From Octopus vulgaris (lineage: Eukaryota), in the NCBI GenBank assembly GCA_951406725.2, contig OX597825.1, positions 2,356,001-2,420,000 on the forward strand: DNA of 64,000 nucleotides, in the 5' to 3' direction. The notes beneath the pieces were generated by a model, which made no database searches, was not told the DNA's origin, and saw only the letters and a list, made by a program, of their open reading frames with translations. The position numbers and the translations under genes were made by a program. Numbering within the stretch: the first letter of the stretch is position 1; every line of letters begins with the position of its first letter. Positions 53,435 to 64,000 of this stretch are shown here, in pieces.

Positions 53435-53650
53435 ATTGGTCTCAAATTTTGACACAATACCAGCAATTTTGGTGTAGAGGACGTCAGTACATCGACAATA
53501 TTGCACAACTGCTACCTATTTTATCCATCCCGACGAGATGGAATGCAAAGTCGGCCTCGGCAGAATTCGAACTTATAGCCTGAAGGCGGACGAAATACCA
53601 CTATGCATTTTATCCGGTGTGCTAACGGCTCTGTAAGCACGCTGCCTTTG
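53435..53650 (-). mobile_element. Deu/Nin-type SINE, degenerate
   Basis: Reverse complement: aggcagcgtgct...gttagcacaccggataaaatgc...gttcgaattctgccgaggccgactttgcattccatc. Confidence 0.75.
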
Positions 53651-54297
53651 TTTAATACGAATATTGTGTCCCAGCTATGTTCATCACATATATTCAAATA
53701 CACTACATGTAAGATTATATTCGCTCCTTGTATTTCTGTTACAACGTCATGTGATTTGAGTCTTAGTTGGCTATCATTTCTAAGATAACGAGAAGCCATG
53801 CAGTGCTATAGTGTCAGCATGAGCATTATGATTACTGGTTTTGATCCTGTTTCAAATTAGGCGGCCCTCGACTGAGCAAAGGCATCTAAGAGTGTAATGG
53901 GAAGGCATTTAACTGCTGTGTCTATATTGTAAATGAAGAGCGAGAGACCTTCTAATCGGCTTCTGACGATTATCATTCACTGTTGGCGGTGTTACATCGA
54001 CCTTTTCAAATATGCAGCATTCCAAACACTTCGCTATTAAAGTTTATTTCTGGAATATTTCATGTGCTTAATATTGCTGTGTTTCTTGCCTGCCTCCAGA
54101 TCTAACTGCAAAAGTAGAAAATATTAAATATTATCATCAAAAAGTTATTTTTTCTTGCCACCCATCTTATCTGCTTGTTGAAAAAACTATTTATTTCCAA
54201 ATTGGAAAAGAGGAAATTACTTTTTTTCATGTTATATATTCACCATTGCAGATTAAAGCAGAAAGATAAAAAAAAAAGAATGCTTTTTCACTTTCTG

Positions 54298-54373
54298 AAT
54301 AATAATATTAATAATAAAATAACTTTAATAATAATAATAATAAAATAACTTTAATAACAACAACAACAACAAC

Positions 54374-54435
<62 letters not shown>

Positions 54436-54462
54436 TCATAATCGTAATCATAATTATAATAA
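54298..54462. repeat. (AAT)n/(AAC)n microsatellite
   Basis: Directly visible. Confidence 0.95.
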
Positions 54463-56257
54463 AAAACACGGTATTTTGAATATTTTACTACCAAATGGTT
54501 TTACCGAATTTTTCCATACAGCCCGAGGATACATTAATAATCAATGCCAATCTGAATCATATTTATTTCTTATTCGTATGTTCTCTTTTTACTTCATCCA
54601 TTACGCTAAATGATAGAGAAATAAATTCCTAAATTTAAGGTGAACTTGAAAAGCATTCTGCTCCCTCGCTTTTTTATATATCTTCGACGATGTCACTTGT
54701 TTTAATTTTCTCCCATGCTGTTCTTTCGCTGTAATTTATCAACAGGAGAAGTCTGTTAAATACCTTTTTTGATCCTTCATTGATTGCTTCATTGTATTTG
54801 TTAAATCTATTTTTGGACATCTAAATAACATTTAAAATATTTCTATTTTAAATGATTTCTGAATCCCAAATATTTCTCATGCATCTACCAAGATATTAAA
54901 TCTTTGAAGCTTGCAAAAATAAATAAGAAAATTAAAAAATAAAAGAAATTGCAGAACCTGTAACGTTTAAAATCATTTTAAATAATATGTTAATTTTAAA
55001 ATAATTCCTTAACACGTGCACCACATGTTGAATTTTTGTAAGTCTAAGACATTTCTCGGGCATTTAGACGTGCATGAAAAAAACTGAAATATATATTGCT
55101 CATTGAACATCTACGTTTAAGATATTTCTCAGTAATCTGTACCCAATTGATAATCTACAAAATTTCTATAGAATTTGGATCCAGAACCTGATGTTGCAAT
55201 GCTTCGTATACGAATACATCAATATAAATAATTCGATGCGGCCAGCCATGTTATGGACTGTCTACGGTTTGTTGAAGTCTATTCACTAAATACTTACTCG
55301 GTTTCTCTCCCTAGTCATATATCTATAAATAGCAATCATACATCTTACAGGATAGCCTAAACTGCTTATTTGTGACTTTGATTGTTTGATATACAATGAA
55401 ATATATACGTTGAGTCCATCAAGAGATTTTACTTCCTTTTTTCCTGCACATCCAAAGCATTGAAGTTACGTGTTTGTATTCTTAGTTTACCTAAAGTAAG
55501 CTCTGTCGTATTTGAGTTTCCTTGGGAGTCACATTTAAGCAGAGTCACGTGCTTAACAACTACACACGTCTATACACATCCACGCGCACAATTATATGTA
55601 CATAACCGACATACTGTCTGAACTACCGTGACCAGGTTATTGAATGAAATCTGATAGTTCCTCAGACAAGATTTAGAACAAGTTCCGACATGTCAGCACC
55701 ATGTTCTTCCTGCCGAACGTAACAAACGCATCTAAACAAAATTTTCACTTAAAAAACTTTGGCTAAAACAGACCACCACTACTGTCATTGGTTTCCACAT
55801 TTCTTTTATTCTCGCTTATTATATGTTTATGGACAGACTAAGTCTTAGAGGGGGGATGAGAGGGGGAGAAAAAGAGAGGGTGAATACTTGCCTGCGTAAT
55901 AACAGGAACTAAAGCCTGAAAAGGTAACTAGTTTTGCTACTGCTGCTGAGGATCCTGGTAATAGTGTTTATTATGATAGAGATTAAGGATATGCTTTTTG
56001 TACAACTGCCACTAACGCTGGTTATTATAATGATGTGAATGATGATACTACTAATAATGCTACAACTGTTTCTCAAGCTAATGATGCTATCACCAATACT
56101 GTTCTTGCTGATGGCGTAAATGTGATGACCACAGCGATAACCATAATGATCTGGCGTGTTACTGCACTGTTTACTATAAATATCATTGCAATTGTCTTCT
56201 AATCTCTCTTTAATGACTGATATGTCATCAAGGATTTACATAATTTTCTGTTGGCTT

Positions 56258-56362
56258 GAGAGAGAGAGAGAAGAGAGAGAGCAGAGAGAGAGAGAGGGAG
56301 AGAGAGCAAGAGAGAGCGAAAGAGAGTGAGAAAGAGTGTGAGAGAGAAGGAGAGAGAGAGAG
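56258..56362. repeat. Imperfect (AG)n microsatellite
   Basis: Directly visible. Confidence 0.9.
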
Positions 56363-56607
56363 CTGCATGACAACAATCTTAAAGTTCAATACTCTGAAAT
56401 AAGGAAATTAAACCTCATTAAATCCTGAACGAACAACGTTTAGACATCTGAAAATCCTGGATTTAATTATTCTATCAGCTAGAAATAGCAACAGCGTCTC
56501 ACTGATATGCTACACAGAGAGGAAAAATCGATTATACATACAAACGTGCATACATACGTACATACATACATTACATGTATATAAGTATGATATGTATATT
56601 ATATATG

Positions 56608-56671
<64 letters not shown>

Positions 56672-56719
56672 TACATACATACCATCTACATGATATCTGT
56701 TTAAGTATATATATCATAA

Positions 56720-57125
56720 TGTTGTGGCAAGATGTTGACCAGCCCCCAATTGGTTAGAGGTGGGCTGACACATTGTTATGAATTAAAGAACTGTGGGCGA
56801 TTGATAGTTCGGGTTGGGCAGCAGTTGACTGTGAGCCGTCAATAGACAAGCGGTGCGTGATTTTGACACTTTCAAGAGGGCGTTGAAAGAGGCGAACAAT
56901 GAAGTTATGGACGACCTTGCACTGCAACAACTTCTAAGTGTGTACCGAACGTAATCCGTTGGGAATGTCGGGAATGTCACCCCCAAAACTGAAGTTTGCT
57001 ACATTATCCGCCAATTAGGGGAGCAGTGCAGATGTAAGCCGAAAAGATTGTTGTCTTAAATAAAGCTTGTAGTACACTCTGTCTTCCGTATTAATGATTT
57101 AGAAGACAACCAACGTGCAACAACA
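56720..57125 (+). mobile_element. Probable solo LTR of an LTR retrotransposon (about 406 bp)
   Basis: GC-richer island starting TGTTGTGGC and ending GCAACAACA (TG...CA, 8/9 inverted match), AATAAA about 60 nt before the 3' end; flanks cataa/tatag only partly match as a TSD. Confidence 0.6.
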
Positions 57126-58489
57126 TATAGCAGCAACTGTGGCTACATATTGGATTGTAATGATGGAACAAGCAGTTGTACTTCAAGAGGAAACAGCTGT
57201 CAGACTTAAGAGACTACCATACATCTGTGATAGTTCAAACACGTAGATATCAACTTGTAGCTATGTTCAGTTACGAATAAAAACAACATTATAACCTCGT
57301 CAATTTCTATACTCCTAACATATCAGTACAAAATTAAAATACTACTTGCATTTAGATTTAAAGTCAAACGCCAAGATATGCCTTCACTACAATTATTTCG
57401 GGGATATTCAGTAAGTCACAACATCAGAAGTGTGTCATAAGACATTTTCACAATAAATATTTGACGATAATGTTACTTACATTACGAAAGTGTGCATACT
57501 CGTTTGAAGTGTCTTCAAAGGACAGCTATGGCACACACAATCTGTATAGACAACACATGACCTAAATAAACTAATTTTATAATGAATCAACATGAAGCAA
57601 GGCAGTGATGCTTCAGGAAAGAAGAATACTACAGAAAAAAAATCGATAGAAAAGGAAGATATTTCTAAGCAAATATAAGCATGGCTATGTTTCCTTTAAA
57701 TTATGATATTCATTATAGCATGTTTGTTTATGATATTTGTTGTCGCCTATTCCTCCCAATTAGAAAGGAAGAAATATTTAAAGATAAGTAATGAAGGTCA
57801 GAAATCTTGAACTATGAGCTGCATATGCATTATCATCAAAGAGATTAAGATTAGAAGGTGTAATATTAGTTTAGATTTGGATGGTGTGTTTACAATGATT
57901 ATATCTACGTCTGAAGGATGACACAGAAAATGACTCTGATTCTGTTTGAAGTAGGACGAGTTAAAGTGCCATAAGGAAGAGTCGAATTTTAATTGGTATC
58001 AAAGTGTTAGAAACGTGGAGATGAGATTCCAGATAACAGGAGGAAACTTGTTGCTGAAATAATCATTTGAACATTAAAGGAATAATTACTTGCGTTGCTA
58101 AAAGATTCTGTAGGAAATAGATAATTTCTGTTTAAGTGAAACTGTATTTTGTGACTCAGCAGTGAAACATTTACAGTATATGTGATCAGTTTCGATGTTT
58201 TAGTCTTTAATTAATTATTTTACAATTTGGTTTTTATTTTTGCTTTAATTCCTTAAATATTTGGACAAGGAATTTTTTCTTTTCAAGTGATATTGTAGCA
58301 TAGTGAGAGAAGGAACAGAAGCGGCTCTGGTTTCCTTGAAGGTATGTCTCCTTGGTTGATCCAAAGATGGGAAATAGTCATACTAACAAAAGTGAAATTG
58401 CGCAAATGTTTACAATAGAGTAGATATCGCTAACGACATCCTAAGGGCAGATTGTGCTGTTAAACCACGTGATAGATGAAATCGACCAT

Positions 58490-58640
58490 TCACCCCCCTA
58501 CCCGTCACTACAGGGGACTTTTGTATGATTTCCACCAACCAAACTTCAGTAAAAATGCTTTATCTTTTCGATGGCATGATTGGATAGGCGCAAAGTTCAA
58601 CAGAGTGGGTTCGAACTCGAAACCAAGGCGTGAGGAATTA
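58490..58640 (-). mobile_element. Degenerate 5' half of tRNA-derived SINE
   Basis: gtgggttcgaactcgaaacca and ttccaccaaccaaacttcagt resemble the reverse complement of the 28948-family head. Confidence 0.4.
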
Positions 58641-60884
58641 TGTCTTTGTCTGTGAGACATTCCTTCACCAAGAGATCTCAATTATGAAACGAAGTGTACC
58701 TATAGATGCAGTTAAGGTCTTTAGCTGGAACAACCTGATAACCTGTTACAAAATTAAGAGATTATACAGTCAAAAATTTTGCATATAAGTACTGTGTTTA
58801 GATTATTTATCTTTTGCTTCATCGTCGTCTGTAATATATCTTTACCAATCTACAAGGGAGATGATGAATTCTAAAAGCTTTTAGTTTCAACTGCATTTAA
58901 AAGAAAATCTTCATTATATATTAATAAATATACATTTACCGATTCGGCATGACATCTAACCATAGATACTCTGTCTTCTCTCATGGACTTTCTATCTAAA
59001 CTAAGGGTTTCTCATAACGGTAGCTAGATATATATCACCGACACTCAAGCAATTCACCTGTTCTGATTAGATCTATCGTATTGTTTTTCTACAATAAGGA
59101 CTAATCGTGTACTAAGCCTAATTACTTTGTCGAGTATTGCCCCCCCCACCGATTTGTTTCGTTGGTTTATATGTATAACGAGCACAATGTGAGCCAGATT
59201 ATTCTATTTGGTTGTCGGTCTCTTATTTATGACTAAGCAGCTTTACATGATTTGTTTTCATGTGATGACTGTGAGGAGTCTGTGATATGCTAGGATATTG
59301 TTGTGACTCTTAAGTGGGGATTCCGTTGTGTGCTTTTCTAGTTGTGGGATCATTGTATTAAGTATATACTGTATGTGTTGTGTAGTGACACCTGTATCGT
59401 TTGCATATTTGAGCTAAATTATTTTCGGTAGCATTGGAGGATGTTTTGCGTGAATTAGTGGGGTTTATAGTTGTAAATGCTTTGTTCATTATCATGCGAA
59501 TTTATTGAGTCAATGATTTCATTCTCATATCCCTCATATTTCTTATTTCAAATTAATTTCAAACAAGCCTGACCCACGTCCAGTCAGAGACTTGATTAAA
59601 TCAGATCTGGATATTTATAGAGAACCGGTATCTTCATTCAAGTCATTATTTAATATATAAGGACAGTTTCAGTTTAATCGTTGACAGTCCAGATAAGTAT
59701 CTCCTAGGGGATAGACTAGATCGTTATCATTTACTGTATTTTGTGCATACATTTAAACACTTCTTGCCCGTGTTTCCGTTGAAGTGTTGGATTACAGTCC
59801 AGTGGACATGGCTCTCTATTCCACAGGGACTGTGGACATACTTGCAACGTACAAGGGATGGCTGCCAAAAAGAATGTGTCGAGTGTTATTGCACTGACTG
59901 CACTGAATTCAACCGATGTAATGCACTGCATAAAATTCCTCTGCTCTAACGATGTTGATGCTTTTGATGTTATTATTATCGTCGTTTTCACGACTCTAGG
60001 CAATATACTCTCTCTCTCCCCAATCATCACTATGTCTATATTTAACTTTCCTAGCGTGAAAATGCATTTTAAATTCTTTTTGCGAAACGAAATTTCTGTC
60101 AAATGAAATTTCATTGGCACTTGAATACTTTAAAAAAGCGTAATTGTTTCAAGAAGCATTCTGCTTGTCACGTGGGTGTAGATTACAGAAAATATGTTTC
60201 GTTCACCAGCTTCGGAATTTGTATTTACACATGCTAAAATTTCATCTCTCAAATTACAATGCAAGTCAAAACGTTACTATAGCAAAACCAAATCCCTAAC
60301 GTAAACACGCCCCACAAAATGTAGAAGAAGAGAACGAAATTCAACAGTTTAGATACAGATTAATATAAGATATACCTAAATACGCAAATTAATAATATTA
60401 AAAGCAGCGACAGCAATTGCTGTAGCTGTTGACTGACTTTAAATGCATAACTCTATTCGTGTAAAAATTGTGTGATGACTTATATCTGAAATTTGTAAAA
60501 GTATCGCCGTTTGAATTCGGTGTCAGAATTTCGCAAAACCGAAAATCCTTTCATTGCGACAGACGCCTCTCCACGAGAGAGCAAGGACAAAAAATTAGAA
60601 AGTTTTACATATGAAAATGTGGAAGTAGATTAAAGCTGCATTCATGACAAATAATAAAAATGGACAACTCAGTCGAAACATGTTTAAATCATTAGAAATA
60701 CATCTCTCTATACATTTGTGCCCCCCCCAGTATATGAGACAAAGAAACACAGGAAGTGAGGCCTGGCCTGTGCTTACTGTAGTTGCTGCTTATGGTGGAG
60801 GAGAGTCAATTTCTTTCTCAAATCAATCGTTTACTCTCCGAAAATTGCTGTGTATGTGGTCTTGTGGAAAGATAACGAAGTTAA

Positions 60885-61310
60885 CATGATAACGATAAGA
60901 CGATATAATGAGAGTAAGAATGGCGGTAATGATTATGATGACCATGAAGAGAAGGAAGAGAGTTAACATGCTGAAGATGGATTTATTGATAGTTGTAGGT
61001 ATTAGAATATGACGACGATGGCGACAATGATAGCGATAGCGGTTATTTTAAAAATGAGAGGAGAGCTGCTGATAATTTTAACGATGAAAATGATTATGGT
61101 GGTGATGGTGAGGATCAAACATAATGATGCACCTAGTAAAGATGATGATGATGATGATTATAAGGACGGCGATGAGGAAGATCGTGATGATGATGATGTT
61201 AATTAGGATGACAACTACGACAACGACGACGATAGTGACGAAAGAGCTGGTAATGAAAAGTCGGTTTTATGAATTACGGGGAGAGCGGACATGGCGATGG
61301 CTGCCATAAC
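60885..61310. repeat. Degenerate (GAT)/(GAC)-rich low-complexity tract
   Basis: Decayed trinucleotide periodicity; gives spurious acidic and Met-rich ORFs. Confidence 0.8.
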
Positions 61311-62162
61311 GATGCTTACATTTATATTTACTAAGCGACATTACATGTGAACATTACAAACAACGAAGTTATCTCTGAAATGCCCTTCAGGTCCCCGTAA
61401 GGGACAATTAATAAAACCGTATGAGTTAATTACAATGCAAAACGGGTTTGTTATTGATACATGTTGTAAACTCTTTTCGGTGGGAGGTCGAAAGTGTTAG
61501 CTCGCATCTGATTCCAAATCGATATTTAGCTAACGGTTGATAAAAAAAGAAAACCAATACTTTTGCCGGTTCTGTTTAATGCTACTTGACGAGTAGCTGT
61601 ATTGGTAGATAAAGAGGCAGTGGAATGGGTTCGGCGGAAGAAGACATGCATTAGAAATGTTTCTTAGTGCAAAATATATTATTGGATAGCTAAAGTGATA
61701 TTTATTTTCATGCTTCATTTCATGACGGGGAAAAATATCTGCATAAATACATTCAGCTTCAACTGGGCGCCGCTCATTCCTCTCTAACACAATCCTTCTG
61801 TTTCCTCCTCTATATGAAGTGTAGAGCTACTTATGTAGGTGGGTCTTTGCGTTTATATATGAATGTATGTATATATGTCTGTCTCGTTCTCTCCTTCTCT
61901 CTACCTACCTTCCTCTCTCTCTCCCGTTCTATCTACCAATATTTACAAAAACATAATGAGAGGAGTTGATAGATTCCTAGGCAGAACATTTAAAAGAGAT
62001 ATAAATGTACAGATACGCACCTATCTTTCTAATTTTATAAGTGTCCATGTGTGCATGTCACTCTCTCACTCTCTCCGTCTCAACGTCTAATCTTCTTTCT
62101 CTCTCCATTAATGTACACATATATGCATAAACAGGTATATATTTAAACACACACGCACCAGT

Positions 62163-62210
<48 letters not shown>

Positions 62211-62334
62211 ATATATTCTCAGATGAATATGTCACTTAAGTTGAAAGCACCAGAATTTAGTATTGTATTATCTATATAATTTTAAAATAAGGTGATTATT
62301 TTGATTATATATATATATTATATATATAGAATTG

Positions 62335-62450
62335 CATTGACGATCATTAGAACATAGTTTCAATTCTCGAGTGGCACGTTTTGTTCTTGAGCAAAACACC
62401 CTTTTTCATGTTCTCCCATTCCACTCAATAGTAAATTGGTAAAGATTATT
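62335..62450 (+). mobile_element. Degenerate CORE-like SINE head (family of 9293/31120)
   Basis: cgatca...tttcaattc...ttgttcttgagcaaaacac...ccattccactca...gtaaattgg. Confidence 0.5.
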
Positions 62451-62566
62451 GACCTGTCCGCCTAGCAAGTGCTTTGTAACCGGCGACGTAAAGCAATATA
62501 CGATAGTCTAGTCACTATCGTAATAAGCACACACACGCACGAACACACGCACACACACACATACAC

Positions 62567-62599
<33 letters not shown>

Positions 62600-62609
62600 C
62601 AGATATTCT

Positions 62610-63185
62610 CTCATTCTCTTACTTATTACTCTCAGTTCACTGCGGTCACGCTGGAGGATTGCCTTGGTAGGTTTTAATCGCACAAACTGACGTCAACCCT
62701 TATATTTTTTTAAAGTTTAGTACTTATTGTATCGGTTTATTTTGCCGAACAGTTAGGTTACAGGTTTGTTAACTCACCAACACCGGTTGTCAAACGGTGA
62801 TCGAGGGACGGACACAGACACAAAGAAGCTGTCGTATATATATATATATATGTATATATTTGTGTGACTGTGTATCTGTGTTTGTCCTCCCCCGCCGCCA
62901 TCGTTTGAAAACCGGTGGTGGTTTCCCCGAAACTTAGTAGTTCCGCAGAACAAACCGATAGAATAAGTCTTCGACCAACACTTTTTAAGGTGGTGCTCCA
63001 GCAAGGTCGCATTCAAATGACTGAAACAAGTGAAAGAATAAAAGAATACATCGGGCTTCCACATTGACTTTCTTAACCAAGTTCATTCAGAAGAATTTCA
63101 CCAGCACCGTGGCACAGGACAAGGCACTTGGCGAGGGTGTCACTCAGTGGAACCCAACCTCAAATCACTTGATTGTAAATGAGAC
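62610..63185. mobile_element. Nested SINEs: + strand 3' half (62823-63046) inside a minus-strand copy (62610-62822 and 63047-63185)
   Basis: All three pieces align to the 28948 family; the minus copy is split at its internal microsatellite. Confidence 0.7.
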
Positions 63186-64000
63186 GTCCCTCTTGGGTGT
63201 GGACTTCTCATTTTGATTGTGCTCCTGATTTGTTCGGCCTTTCGCAGTGTTCTATTGTCTACATCTTGTTTGGGTGGCCTTTTGGACTTCTGGACTTTGG
63301 CCTACGGAACTTTGATGTTTCATACGTTTTAGTTTAATGTGCCTGATTAGATTTGTTAAGAAGTAATAAATATAGCAACCCCCATAGTCTTTTTACTTGA
63401 TGCATTTTCTTTTTGGTGAGGAAGTATTATTTTGTACAGGCTGGAGATATTATATTATGGATGTACGCGTTGATGACATGCACCATGCTATATATGATGT
63501 TAAAGATGCCGTATTTAATATCAACATATATATTCATTTAACAACTGTAATCTCAATATATAACTCAGCATATCTTCACGATATGTTTAAAGTTTCTTTG
63601 AAGTGTAATTCTATATAGTTCATGGCAGTTTTTTACTCCACATTTCCAGAGTCTAAAGGGAAATGCATCTTAAGTCCAAACATATAAAAACAAAATATAG
63701 ACGAATATTTAAATTAAAAGGAGAAAAAAAATAAAGATAGTTATTTTCTTTAATATCACTGCCATATGATTTGGATTGTTTAAGTGAGCATACTGACAAA
63801 AAAAAGAAGAGCATAAAACACACAGTGGTGAAAATGGACTCCGATCTATGTTCCTTTTGTGCCTTTGTGTCGTAAAAAATATTTTTCTTATTTCATTCAT
63901 TTTGCAATACTGATCAATCTTAGATTTATTTATTTTGTATTATTTTTTTCTTTTGAATTTACAGTGATATTGAATTTCCTTAACACAATGGCGATGACTG

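Noticed and set aside
59731-60120. Cys-rich ORFs on both strands
   Set aside because: Cys spacing fits no domain I recognise in any frame; no supported splice structure.

Overview
AT-rich eukaryotic non-coding DNA (intergenic or a large intron) dense in microsatellites and transposon debris. The SINE families (tRNA-headed CORE-type, Deu/Nin-type and Ceph/RTE-type) and the simple-repeat composition point to a coleoid cephalopod, probably Octopus; this is an inference. I could not support any intact host gene, tRNA, rRNA or CRISPR array, and most supplied ORFs are translated microsatellites. Recognisable elements are a young 5'-truncated CR1-clade LINE (RT domain, two frameshifts), decayed mariner, maT-like and Tc1 (DD34E) transposases, R4/Dong-like and RTE-like fragments, a probable solo LTR, a Helentron-associated element, a foldback MITE and a 1.3-1.4 kb tandem duplication. 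The most interesting signal is five minimal type I hammerhead-ribozyme motifs in four unrelated Penelope-like repeat families, all with a palindromic mini stem III. One (22150-22199, minus strand) has the core GUGAACA instead of CUGANGA, an apparent compensatory G3:C8 swap of the catalytic C3:G8 pair. Two others sit back-to-back on opposite strands of a 105-bp-arm palindrome. Boundaries of decayed elements are approximate, and family assignments come from motif recall, not database searches.
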